From the NCBI RefSeq assembly GCF_003704095.1, contig NW_020846293.1:1-64000 (forward strand): a stretch of 64,000 bases of DNA. Reading direction: 5' to 3'. How positions within the stretch are numbered: the stretch's first letter is position 1; every line of letters begins with the position of its first letter. The translations under genes and the position numbers were made by a program. Positions 13,038 to 26,343 of this stretch are shown here, in pieces. Source of the stretch: Pocillopora damicornis. Lineage: Eukaryota. The notes below the pieces were generated by a model. That model made no database searches. It had not been told where the DNA came from and saw only the letters and a list, made by a program, of their open reading frames with translations.

Positions 13038-16000
13038 ATGTATTCAGCCGGAGATAATGAGGAGTTGAAATGTTTCCGTCGCGAATGGATGCAAGAACTC
13101 AGCAAAACAAAACAAGATATACAAGTCCACAAGGGGAATCTGGAAAAATGTCAAAATTTCAAACAAGGCGACATTGAGAGAGCGTTTGTTGATTTCAAAG
13201 AGGAAGTACGTCATTTTCATCCTGTAGGATGCTCCACGGATAAATCGTGCTCTGTAAAATTTCCTAAGACGACAGAAGAAAAATCATCTGTCAATGTAAA
13301 TGATGATATTGTTCTTTTGAATTTACCGCAACCTCAAACTGGAGAGGTTAACAATGACACACCGAGTGACTCAAAAGTACAACAAAAATTGTTCTCTGAA
13401 AAACTTGATAAAAGAAAGAAGAGTCTTCTAGATCAACTGATAGAAGACATTGATGAAATTACAAGTATTCCTTTCTTTGATTTGAGCTTACCCAAAGAAG
13501 TGGGATTACAGATTTTCACTGACTTGGGAATCAAAGACCTTTGTGCTTGTGCTCAGGTTAGCAAGGCCTGGAAAATTCTGGCAGAGGATGAACTGATATG
13601 GTACCATGTAGGTTGTAAACTAGGTTATGTTCAAAAGAGACACTCTTCCACCATAGACAGAGAAAACTGGAAAAGTTTTGTACGAGATAGCATTTTAGAG
13701 GAAAGAGAATTGAGAAGGAACTGGAAGGAAAGAATATGCAGATTGTCCAGTTTGGAATTTGAGAGAGGTTTGCTGATGAATAGCTTTCTTTCTTGGAAAG
13801 AGCAAAACTCTTTTTCTTGTCTCCCATCTTTTAGGGAGAGTTAGTTAGTGCTAGGATTCAATGTTTGATTTGGGTGGGATCAAAGTGGATGGAGAGGGGA
13901 GGGGAGGGGAGGAGAGGGGTGGGACAGGGATAGATAAGAATGTTTTTCCTCTTCATTCCCCCTCCCCCTTACTCCTTTTGTCCAAAGTTGAACAAGACAA
14001 GAAGGATGAGAAGAGAACAAATTGTTTTATTTTCCCTTCTCTTCTCCCTTTTTCCTCTTCATTGAAGTGGACAGAGTGAAGGAATCATCTTTCTTGTCCC
14101 CCTTCCTCATCAACATTTCTCTCTTGCCAGGAATGTGTGGATAGGAGATGGGGTAGGTAAAGAGGAATAAAATATTTCAACTTGTACCTACCCCCTCTCT
14201 CTCCCCCCACCCCCACCCCCACTTTTCCCTGGCCCAATAAACCCCCCTCCCCATTAGATATTTTTTTCCCTCCTTAACCTTCCTTGTCTTAAAAAATCCA
14301 AGATGGTGGCCAAACTTTTTATGAAGAAATGAATGCAAAAATATTCTCACACTGCAGGCTACTAACCTTAAACCCCTGGACCTTCAATCAGCCACTAAAC
14401 TGTTGACACATTGATCTTTTCAACCCCCTTTTACTTCAGTCTTTCTCTTTTGCCCTTGATAAGCTACCCCTTTGGCCCCCTTTGACACAAAACAATGTCC
14501 TATCATAATTCCATGAACTTTTAGCCAACATTTAATGGGGAAGGGGGTCTTGTTCATGATTTTGAGTGTGGTAGAAACAGGTGTGTTATTCTACCTATGA
14601 ATAAAACTCTTCAAACACAACATGTCAACTAATTTTGATGCTGATTGTAGCTCCATTCTTTAGTTATGCAATATTGTCAACATAAATCAAGAGAATTGGC
14701 TGTGCACACTGGAATTGTCCTATAACTAAAATCTATTCCATTTAGTAAAAAAAGTAACCATCAGTCTTTGGTTTTGGTCATTCCACAAACCCTGTCTCTA
14801 TTATTAGACTAGCAATGCACAACAATCACATGTATATTAACAGATGATATTACCAGGACTCAAAATTATAATTACACAACAAAACTTCCACAAGTGGACA
14901 TGTCATACATGCAGGCAGTTCTTTCTGGTGGACATCATATTTCAGCCTCATTCACACAAGATCCTGGCATCTTTATAGTTTCATAAGCAGACACTTTTCA
15001 TAAGCAAGCATTTTCCTAGTCCACCAGAAAACTGCTTACCAGATATTATGCTGTAATTCAGAATCATTTCTAACCAACCAATCCTCATCCTTGATGGTTT
15101 TATCCCCACAGGTGGAGGTCTCTGTGCTGTTTCTGTCCATGGAAATTTCATTTGTTCAGGATACTCAAGTGGTGCAGTCGTTGTATGGGAAGGAGATGCT
15201 GAAAATGTGTCAAGTTACAGAGAACTGATCTCATCCGATTCAGTGAATTCACAAAGACAGAGAGTGCATGTCACATCAACTACCATCAACCAGAAGTTGT
15301 GTGTAGCTGGGTTTGACAATGGTATCACATCTTAAGAGAATTTTGTGTTGTATTGAGTCAATATCTTTGAGTTACATGTAATAATTTTTTCAGTTCTCAT
15401 TCATTACCATTCATTCATTCATTCATTGCCATTATCACTCATTCATTACTTGTAATTAGGTTGAATGAAGGACAGCTCTTCCTCCCCTAGCAAATTTGTT
15501 CATCTGTTTCTGTATTACCTTTGATGTCACCCAAAAGGACTTGTGCTCAAAGCGAATGTGTCCATCAATTTGAAGCCAAAGCAAATTCTTTACCTTTAAT
15601 CACCTCTATAGTAAAAGATAAAATGTGTGTTATGCTGGAAAGATTTGTCATTTCAGGTTCAAATTCCCTACCCCACATAGGCAAAGTTCAAATTCTCCAT
15701 CCCTGGGTGTGGATCACAGTCAAATGCCTTTGGGTTGCCCAGGTTGGGGGGAGAGGGAGGCCCCCTTGGAATTGATGAGTGCATAATATTTCGTGGAAAG
15801 ATTTGCAACTATACAACACTCAGCTAATTTCTATCAAACAACTGAATTAAATACTGGTACTGTTTCCCACAGTACTAAATTACTGACACTTTGAACTCAT
15901 AGGTGATGTTTGTGTATGGTCCCATAACTTGAGTTCCTCACCGCTGTACCATTTTCACTGTCACGAATCTATTAAGGGTGTTTCATTGGCCACAAGTGGT

Positions 16001-17706
16001 CCACTAGCATTTGTAGCCCTGTCAGATCATGTACTCAAGGTACATACCAGTGATGTCAATGGACAGTGGTCATGTGTAGAATCAAGGAATTATGAGAAGG
16101 TAAAACAACCTCAAAACTATTGAAACTTTCCCCAGTACTGAAAGCATCTTGTATGGAGAGATACTCAACTCTGATGACTTTTATAATTTCTTCCACAGAT
16201 TGGCAACACCATGTTTATCCCAAACTCTGCTTCACACTCATTACCTGAACATGTTGCCATAGCAACTCAAGATACTGTGTCAATCCTGGCACCTGGCAAA
16301 GGTCTTCTATCAACAATGGATCATGTGATTGGTGGAAAGTTAACTTGCATGGACTGTACTCCAGATCAGCTTGCAATTGGTGTGGGTTCATATGGATATG
16401 GAACCCTCGGAAACAAAGTAATTTTGTTGGTTTATCTAGATCACAATGTAGCTTACTTGTAAGCAAATGGGCAAAGCCTATCAAAGTGGTTCATGGATAG
16501 TAATTACTAAGGCAAAACCAAATCAAAGAGTTGTTTATTACAAGCACAAAAAGAAGAAAAAGAGCTAAAAAAACTAACAATAAGTTGAAATCCTTCAAAA
16601 TGTTCAAAACCTTGGACATAACAACACAATTAGCTTGGGTATAAAATTGTTAACAATTCCCATTTTAAGATAGCAATTGTTTGCGGCTACAGTTTTATGA
16701 ATTTGTAAGTTTGGCATACACCTTTGGTGATGGTCTACCTCATGAACAGAGAGTGCAGCCTTTTGAATGATCAAATTTCCCTCCTAGTGACTGTGAAATA
16801 TGTGAAAGAAAAAAATCGTTATTTTTTATTGTGTACCTCAAGTTTAGTAACAGTGTCACCTGAAACTCAGAATAAGTTAGTTAGTTAGTTATACCCTCAG
16901 CTCTTCCAGGAGCATAGGCCATCAAAGCTTTTCCTTCTCTGTTTTGTCCAGTTCTTAAATAGCTTTTTTTTGCCTTGTCCAGTTGTGGTCCATCTCAGCC
17001 TGAACATCTGACCGCCAGACTTTCACAATCAAGAAGAATTTTGTTTTGAAAAAAATAAAAGAAGGTTCTGTGCGTGTGTATTTTGTCACGATGTTGTCAG
17101 CAAACCGACTTTAATTTATTTTTCTGTAATTTTTAGGTGCGCCTTTATAGTCTGGAAACCTCAAAAATGATTTCCATATTGGGATCTCACTATCGCGAGA
17201 TCACTTGTCTTGATCTAGCCAATTGCCCTCCACATCGTCTCGTGACAGGCAGCTACGATTGCAGGGTACGCGTGTTTGACCTGCGCAGTGAAAAGATGGC
17301 GCTTTCATTTCACTTGGGACACAAAAGAGCTGTAACTGCGGTGCAAATGGACGATTGGAAAGTGGTCAGCGGTGCAGAGGATGGAACGTTGGTGGTCTGG
17401 GACCAGCGGATGACGTCAACTTTATGGACGACTCATGCGCGACACCCTGTGAGACTCTGCAAATTTCAAGGTCCCCGGATGATCACGGCAAACATTCCAT
17501 TGGATAGAACACCACGTGATAATCTTTGGTATGCAGATGATTTGATTCTTCATCGACGTCATCGAGGAGTCATTCGCACGTTTGACTTCTCGGCGAGCAA
17601 TGCCACAAAGGGAATCCCGGAGATTTGCTCTTCAAATTATGACGACACCAGTGGGTACAACTACAATATTAAACTAAGCGTGCCATACGACAGTATAGAG
17701 ATGTAG
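13038..17706 (+). CDS. FBXW8: F-box/WD40-repeat protein 8 (5 coding exons)
   Basis: Exons 13038-13767, 15112-15321, 15903-16099, 16199-16417, 17137-17706. N-terminal EELKCFRREW; LLDQLIEDIDEITSIPFFDLSLPKEVGLQIF F-box; CAQVSKAWKILAEDELIW; WD repeats (GSYDCRVRVFDLR, AVQMDDWKVVSG); C-terminal HRRHRGVI...YNYNIKLSVPYD typical of FBXW8. Confidence 0.9.
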
Positions 17707-19665
17707 GGCTTCTGACAGAACTTGCATTTTCTTCTTTGGACACAGTCCCGTAGTTAAAGTTGCAAAACTAAGAACATTTTATCTCAGAGAGATTTAACTG
17801 CTGACGATTTGCAGCCCCTTTTGGTAGCGATTACATAACTCTTGCAAAGCAATTCTTGAAAACCTACAACTCCTGTTTGAGTCAATACGAATCAGTGAAG
17901 AGTCAATGTGGTGAAGACTACATACAAAGTATCGTTCTCCTCAGTGCAAGAGTGTTTCTTTGACTTCAGTTTGCTCAGGTCCGGTTGAATGACAGCGAAA
18001 ATTTTTCCTTTTGAACCATCTGAGTTACCGAAGCTGCCTTTATTCCAAACTGTGTCTTAAGTCCAACATGAATCTACTTTTCTGATAGAGACATTCTAAA
18101 GATTGAAGATAGAAGCACGAGAAAAAAAAACAGAGGGGGATAAGGAGAGGGATTTACTAAGAAAGAGGACCCTTGTAAGGAGGTTACACTCGCCTCCTTG
18201 CCCCTCTCGTCACTCCTTCCTAGACCTCCTCCAAATACCAAGAGTTTGGCACAGACTAGAATCTGCAGATTTTAAGAGAAAACGTCTGAGGTCGCAATCA
18301 GTATTTGTCTTCTGATTAGGCACCGTATGAGCGAAATAAGCAGAAAAAAACATATTTGAGGCTACAGCCACTCTTTGACTGTCTCTTCAAAAGGCTCCGT
18401 CCTTAAAAATTGTGCCATAATGCTGATTCAGAGCGTGATGTTTCGCTACCAGAGGCTTATTCCTACCATCGTCCCACAGTCAACCTGAAAAACCTATCTT
18501 CTACCTTACTATAGGCGTGGCGATTTCTAATGGGAGAACCAGTCACAGTTCAGTGTCCTTGTGGAAACACCGACGAATTTCTGTCATCTGAACATGTGGC
18601 ATGATACATCTTCACTGCAATGCACCTTGTCTTTTGTTTACAGGTAGCTCCTAAAACCGAGACTTTCTTATATAAACGGATTTTTGATTTTGCAAGAATT
18701 CTTTGATGAAGTAAATGCTTCTTTTTGATGTGTTGTAGACTTAAAACATTCTTGGACAGTGCTCAGTCAGCTTGACTGTTGTCCTGAAAGGGATCAGGAT
18801 CAAAACTAGTTTCCAATGCGTCTCTTCTTTCCAGGAAGAGCTCAGAAAGAATGAGTGTCTTGACTCTCATTCACAACTGACCAGACTGATATAGGAACCA
18901 CGGGCTCAAATTTATAAGGAAATGACCAGTAAAGGGTAAATGGCGGAATGGGCCACCTTGGCCAAAAAATATTTTATTTTACGTTAACCTCTAGCCTTTT
19001 AAAGCCGCTGGCAGGTATGGGACTATGGACGACGACTCCCCGTACAAAGCTTTACAGAATGATCCCTCCCTTCCACCCGAACTTAACGCGTGACTCAGCT
19101 TTAAGTCGCGCGCCAGTAATCTTGTATCCGTAGATGGTTGAGAAACATTTAATATTTTCAAGAGCATCTTATAAAACTGATCTTAAGTGCATTTTAACAT
19201 CGCATTCCTTCTAATCATGTCAAGTGTTATTACTCCAAGTTCAAAGCAAAGCTTTATCTCGTCAATCATCGCCGTCTAATGGAATGTCTGCCGACTGGAT
19301 CTTTATCGCCCCCAGACTAATGAATTCCGGAACCGCCATATTTTATCGCAATCAAAAAACGATTGTAATAAAATCTCAGGTTGAAGCTCTTGATAAGGTG
19401 GTTATGGGTTCAGATAATCTTGAATGTTAGCGCCATCGTGGCTTGCTCCTTTGTCATCGAGCGTGCAAAAGGCCACCTTCAACGCAAACTCGTTTTAAAT
19501 GATGCTCGAAATCGACGTGGGTTGAAATGATTTCAAGACCGAAAGTGTTTGAGCAGTAACTGCCCTGCACAAAATTAACGTGAATCCAATCGAAAACGAC
19601 TCGATAAAACCTCGCCCTAATAGTGAACCCATTGCTTAGTTGTAGAGAGGAAAGCATGAAAATCT

Positions 19666-19805
19666 GGATCTATGTTAGTATCTGACCAACTGCGTGCCTA
19701 CCCCTCCCCTAGACCAACCGTAGTGGTAAATCTATCTTAGATTAAAATGACCGTTGATGAGCTATGGGAGGGGTATGTGCGCAGTTGCTGACGGACATTG
19801 ATCCG
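19666..19805. mobile_element. Short MITE-like element with imperfect terminal inverted repeats
   Basis: 'ggatctatgt...caactgcgtgcctacccctccc' pairs with 'gggaggggtatgtgcgcagttg...acattgatcc'. Confidence 0.6.
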
Positions 19806-22399
19806 AAAATCGCATCACAAATGGGTCCGCGCAGGAGAAAAAATGCTGAGGCCATGTGGAAATCTGGCATGAAGTCCCGGCCATTGCTGACTCCCATTTT
19901 TTTTTTTGAGAAATAACGACATAACGAAAAAAAAAAGGCAAAACAAAACAGTCAAAACAAACAAAAATAATGATCTTCGGTTGTTGATTATTTGGTTTCG
20001 GAGCAGATTGAAAAAGTGTAACGGTGTATTGACATTACTCTTCTTAAATCAAAAGCGAACTGAAGGAATTTGAACAACTTAAGTTTCAGCAGAGCAGTTC
20101 TTCTCTTCAATGGATGTGGGAAACTAAGGGTGAGTTGGAAGTTAGATTAAGTCAGTTTACACGACCCGGCATTGCCCGGCCATAAAGGAAAATGAAAATT
20201 GTAGAATTGCATGCAGTTTTTAATTGCTCAGAGAACAGCAAAAGTTAGAAAACACCGAAGAAAAGGTTGTCTGATGTTGGCGTTGACTCTGTGGACACCT
20301 CAGAGCAAGCCCGGGGTAGAGAAGGGGGGAGGGGGCAGTGGCATTCGCCTTTCTCGACTTGAAAGATCCTCGTGTGAGTGGCAAATGTGAATGGCGCGTA
20401 CATGACGCTGTACGACTGGAAGTGACTTCGTTTCGAGGGTGACAGTAGGCGCCAGAATTCATGCGGGGCGAACAAGGTTTACCATAACTAAATTCGTGAC
20501 CGTACATTGACAAGCGCCTGGTTCGTCACGTAAAGCGTAAAGCTTTTCAGCACGCAATCGATTTCTTAAAAAGCTTTTCAGGGATAATCTGTCAAATTTT
20601 CTCTCCACTTCTCCATATTTTTATTGTTGTAAAATAGCTTAACTAGGAATGAAGGAAATACAAAATCTTTTTACATCAACATGAGAAAGATCTTCATGTT
20701 CCAATGTTGAATCAGTCTGGCCTTTACATGCCGTGAAGGCTGTGAGAAACTTACATAGGCACGCAAGGTGTGCAAAATAAAGTCGGCGAGTCATAAAAAC
20801 TGACTCTTTCGAGCTATTCATCTCCAATCCGTTTTAAGTACTTCATCCCTTTCCATACTTATTTCCTCAAGGTTCATTCAGATATTTTTGGTATTTGACT
20901 TCTTCCACAAATCGTTACCTTAAGTTCTCTTTTAATTAAAAGCAATTTGCTAAATAATTAAAGAAATAATTTACTGAGCCTCTTGACTATAAATTTCTTG
21001 GAAATAATGTATACAATACTAATCGAGGCATTAATCCGATGAGTCGCTACATAACCTGCGAGAAGGCCCCAGCCTCATAACCAATGCCAGACCCCTTGCA
21101 GAGCTCTCACCGTCTTGCATTGCAGCCTCGTTCTTTCCCGCGGCCAAAGAAACGCTTCCACCGAAGCGCGGGATCTTCCCGGAGATAAGTCTCTACACGA
21201 ATACTTTGAAGAATACTTTATTGGGGTCATACAAAGGCAATCTGCTTTGCAGCTAAAGAAATAAATTACGAACTTAAATTTGAGGGGAACTTATGTTCTT
21301 TGAACAAGTTCATCGCCCGCGTTCTTTGTTGAACGCGGTTGTAGAAGCAGGTGTTGATCTGAAACAGGTGATTTGACAAATTAGCATGTTCAACCAAAGC
21401 TGGCAGAGAGAGGTTTAACACGGCTTAAAAACTGACACAAAAACACAAGTATTCGTTTGAAATGCGTCCAAGAAGTGTAAGGCCTTTATCATTAGAGGAA
21501 GGTTTTCTCGCTAAAAAACGATTTAAGATTCTGAATCGGCAAAATCTATTTCCCAGATTAAGAAATCCTTAAAACTAAAACGATTAACATGGGGGTTGTT
21601 AACATAATTTTAGCGTTTTTCGCGTCTTTTTGCGAAGGAAGAGCTTCAGACAAATTTTCATTAACATTCGAGGTTTTGTCATCAGAATATCGACGAAAAT
21701 AGAAACTTCTGTCGGTTTTGTTGAATAATTCACTTTTGGAAATTAAACTGTTGCGGAGAATGCCTTTTGCCAAAATCTGAACCGACACGTTAGTAAATCG
21801 CTGTGTTATGCGGGTTTGTGTCCGACAGTAAGGAGCCAATTCGAATGATCAAAATCTGTGGTTGCCCATTTTCGCGCTTGGAGAGCCTCTTAGAGGCAGA
21901 TGGCACAAGAAAGTGAATTTTCTTTGCACCGGCTTTTCACTGTGATTGCGGCGTTATGTTCTACGTTTGTCTCGAACATGCCACTAAGTGCAGGAGAATA
22001 CAAAATTCTCATTAACATGCGCTAACTGTAGGGCCTTTGTTTTGAAAATCCGTATGTAAATAAACACTTGCAAATGGGAGTGTTTTGACATGTTTTAGTG
22101 ACAACAACATAAGGTTTATCACGAGATAAAGTAAATCTCGGCAACAAAAGCTTTTCCGTTTCGATCGGAGTCTTACAGCCGCCTGCTTTACTGATAGCCG
22201 TGATACTGATCGAATTCGGCGTAAAAAATGTTTTGGCCGTCGGAAACATCTGAAATCCAATATTTAAGCGCACTGCGGTATTTCAAGGATGCCAAGACTT
22301 CCTTTTCAATGTCACCGATCACGGGTTGTTCAGTTCAGCGACGATACGTTCGTGGTTGAATCGTTCGGAGACTAGGAGGCGCTTTTGAGCTCATGATAG

Positions 22400-22730
22400 C
22401 AGTCAAAGGGAACAATAGCCAGACAAAAGATGTTCAAATTGTGCGATTTTTTCGAGTTTACATAATCCTAGTCAAACAATGGTGTGTTGAAAGTTTGGCT
22501 CGCGCCCACAAAGGCTCTCAATGTCATTGGCTTTTGTCAGAGTGCTGTCAAATTTGAACTGTCAATTCCTTTTGACAGGCGGAGTCAAATTATATCAAAA
22601 GGAGAGCGCGTAAATGTGTTGTCTTTCAACAAGCTAATTGACATCTAGCATGGCGGCCTAAGTGGTTCTATGCCGCGCGCTTTCATCCGTCCACTTTACA
22701 ATTCCGTGTGCCAAACTTTATGCAAATTTT
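22400..22730 (+). promoter_or_regulatory. Putative proximal cis-regulatory module of Lhx1/5 (TGACA cluster, Sox AACAAT sites, octamer)
   Basis: Six TGACA/TGTCA in 22522-22643, AACAAT at 22411 and 22475, ATGCAAAT at 22720-22727. Confidence 0.4.
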
Positions 22731-22981
22731 GACCGCGGAATAAACTTCAGCGTCGGTTTTTAGAAAATCCGCAATACTCCCTCTTGCATCGCTTTTTACC
22801 GTCCCGTTAAGCAGCTGGTACAGTGCAAAGCACCACCCACCGGGCACGTAGAAGAGTTACTTGCATAAATTTCACGCACACAGCACCGCACTTTACATAA
22901 ACGTACATACACCCGGACAAGAAGAGGAAACGAAAGAAGCGACTGACTCTTCTTGGCTTGATGAAGGCACAGATCTGCAAC

Positions 22982-25900
22982 ATGGTTCAACAGTGCGCGG
23001 GATGTGAACTGCCCATCTCGGATAAATTCCTTTTGAAGGTTCTGGATCGTGTCTGGCATGTACAGTGTGTCCATTGCTACGACTGCAAATGTGCACTCAC
23101 AAATAAATGCTTTTCCCGTGAAGGAAAGCTGTTTTGTAAGAATGATTTTTACAGGTACGTTGCTCACAATCGGTCGAAATTTCACGTCCGGCAGCTGAGC
23201 TTTAGTTTTCGCGAGCTCTGTGGTAAGCAGCCAGACGATTAATTCGATCATAGTGAATTGAACGGTCTAACTACCTTGTTCTTACTTTCAAATCTTTAGG
23301 CGCTACGGGACAAAATGCGCTGGATGTTGTCTAGGGATCTCGCCGAACGACATGGTCCGCAGAGCTAAACACTTGGTCTTTCACGTGAAATGTTTCAATT
23401 GTTCCAGCTGTAACCGGCAAATTTTGACCGGTGATGAATTGTATTATGTCGGAGAAAGTAAATTCGTTTGTAAAGAGGACTACTACCAATCACACTTCCA
23501 GTCGAAGCAATCCGGTGAGTGCAAAGGGAATTGGTTTGTTTATTAATATACAAACGGTTATTTAATCTTAATAGATCTAATTTTTGTGTGCATGTGTACG
23601 TTGTGTTGTATCATCCACAGACTCGGATTCCGAAGAGAAAGATTTAAGTTACGGTTTAGACGAAGACTTAGATGTGGCGCTAGGCACCAAACGCCGCGGT
23701 CCGCGAACGACTATCAAAGCTAAGCAGCTAGAGGCACTCAAAGCAACCTTTGCCGCAACTCCGAAACCATCGCGGAACATCCGCGAAAAACTTGCGCAAG
23801 AGACGGGTTTAAACATGCGAGTCATTCAAGTCTGGTTTCAAAATCGACGATCGAAAGAGAGAAGGCTCAAGCAGCAAGGAGTCGCGCAACCAAACGCGAC
23901 GCGCGCTGTACGATCAGGCCGGCGATCAAGAAGATCTAGAGGTGAAAACCTTGGAAACGAACCTGCCCCAAACAACGAACAGTCAATCACCTCATCACAT
24001 ATAAATTACGCAGGTAGGCTTGGAACTAACTATGTTTACTCTTCTTCCGTGTTGCAGTTTTCTTTCAGGAAAGAAAAATAATCTTGCGGTTCCTATATTG
24101 CACTACACGTTTGATCGTGTTTTGGACACGGTACGCTTTCACCTGACAGGCGACGTGGCGGAAAATATCGCTGAAATTTAAATGGATAGCGCTCTCGAGT
24201 TTGTATTTAGAAAGCACTCGAAACCTCTTCAACCTGATAACCAGCTAAAGATCACATGACAATCTACCCTTGTGAACTGATGTGAAAAAACTTGCTCAGT
24301 TGCCCTTAGCGATGGAGAAATTTCTCAAGAACGTTTTAATCAGCGCTCCAAGATCGTGTCCCCAAGAAAGCTTCCTGATTGCTTAGTCATTGTTGCAGAT
24401 AACTCAGGGGCAAACCATTAACCGAGCGTCGTACAACTGAAACTAAAAAATGTTTCCTCAAATTTTGGCAAGTGATCAAAAGATACTAAAAATCACGAAT
24501 TTGAATAACTCGAAACCAGCATATCAACCTCCCATTGTTTTTAAAGGCATTATTCAACCATTTTGCCTGTCTTACATTTTTAGCACATTTATGAGAACCG
24601 ACAGCTGCAGCAACAACTTTCGTGCAGAAACAACGAAGCTTTGACACAAAATGCGCTCAGCTAAAAATAGCGTTCAACATGCAACATGGAAAGCCTCGCA
24701 TCCAACGCAAGTTGGCAGGAAATGGCGAAATGGAAATGTTATTTATCTCAAGTTTTGTTTAGTGATAAGGGATCTACTGAAAAAAAATTGTGCATCCCTT
24801 CTTTCTAAAGCTGATTTTGTATGTACTAACTCAGTTGAGGCATTACAAGATTTCACAAGCCTTCGTATGGTGTTTCATATGAATTGGGCCTTTCACAATT
24901 CGCGAAAATTTGCGCTGTACGATGATTTTCTAAAGATTTCGGGTTACTTGTAAAACAAACTCCCCACTGTTAAAACCTTCCATTCTTTAATAATTCAGAT
25001 GGTTTGGCATTAAGCTTTTGGAAGTCAAAAGATATTCCCATCAAAAAGCCCCATCTTTCCAATCAAACGAAATCTCTAGGGGACAATTTTAATTCGTTTT
25101 TCTGCGGGAGCGAGAACAGATTTTTCAAACCATACTTTAACGAATCTTTTCTATGGCAGCGAGGTAGCGCTTGTTTTGTTAATAATTCGACTCAAGTGGA
25201 GGTCAGACCATTAAATTTCAACAACGATCACAAAACTGAAATCCGACTGTCTGGACTGAGCTGAATATTACTCGATAGATTCGCGAGTATAAATTATCCA
25301 AGACAAAAAGTAATGTCGGTGTTGGAGAAGACAGAATTTTGGAATACCTATCGGATAAAAAAGGAAATTTTTATGGATGAAAACCAAAGGAAATTAAGGA
25401 AGGACTTTATAATTCACCGATGAATATCGACATTTGACTTTTTACCACCAAAGCGACTTTAGTATGAATTCATTTTATGTATATGCTATAATTTTCCTGT
25501 GATGTTTCGTTCAGTTTTTCTTTTCCACAATAATCACGAGAACCGATATCAGTGGAATATTCTCCGTCAAATATCGTTACGTCTCAATATAAAAGCTCGC
25601 ATTAAAATTGGGAAAATTCTGCTTTCTATATTGTTTTAATATTTGACAAATACGTCAAAATATACATTCATATCTGCATATTTTGGAGTGTTGTAAGGTT
25701 CGCTTTTTTTTGAAAAAATATCTTTGTACACGTTAAGTGGCTTTTAAGGCGGTTGAAGAGGCACAATATTAAAGCATATCCGATAAAATGCCGCCTTCTT
25801 TTCTCATCTAATGGAAAAGGAATCCTGAGTTTAAGCCCACTTTGGTTTGGCTCGTGCTATCTCTTCAAAACCACAATGAGTTTGTTTTTAAATATAATTC

Positions 25901-26343
25901 AACAGAAATGTAGATTAAGAGAACTTTGTGAGGTATTCCGTGTTTCATTCTACAGATAAGGCGTTTTTAATGCGAATTTAAGGTTTGGTTTTATCACAGG
26001 ATAAGCTTATTTGTTTGACTTTTCTCACGTTTTATTTATTTCTTTTCCACGTTTAGCTTCTCAAAGTGCACACTTTCCGGCGACGGCCTTTGATGAGTTT
26101 TACATGAAGGGTGATGCTGGGCTAGCGAGTGAAGTTCCCACGACAATGGATAATTCTCAAATGATTCAGAATCCTGGATTTAACAACCAAGGAATGATTC
26201 CGGTTAATTCTGTCAGTCTGGATAACAGCACGGGAATACAAATGAACCATTGTGGTGTAGGTCAGAGCCAGAATGGTGGACTTTACGACACTTCTGCCAC
26301 AAGGCAACAAAACACAATACCTTCTACAGCCGAGGTTTGGTGA
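22982..26343 (+). CDS. LHX1: LIM-homeodomain transcription factor Lhx1/5 (Lim1), 4 coding exons
   Basis: Exons 22982-23154 (alternative in-frame ATG at 22961), 23300-23514, 23621-24013, 26057-26343. LIM1 [28 protein letters not shown]...[14 protein letters not shown]; LIM2 CAGC...FHVKCFNC; homeodomain [18 protein letters not shown]...[34 protein letters not shown]. Ends AEVW*. Confidence 0.97.

Noticed and set aside
17707-22300. Short ORFs upstream of Lhx1/5 (and at 26400-31600)
   Set aside because: No domain motifs or coherent splice chains; consistent with non-coding regulatory DNA.
22796-23251. 151-aa minus-strand ORF
   Set aside because: Antisense shadow of Lhx1/5 exon 1 with no recognisable motifs.
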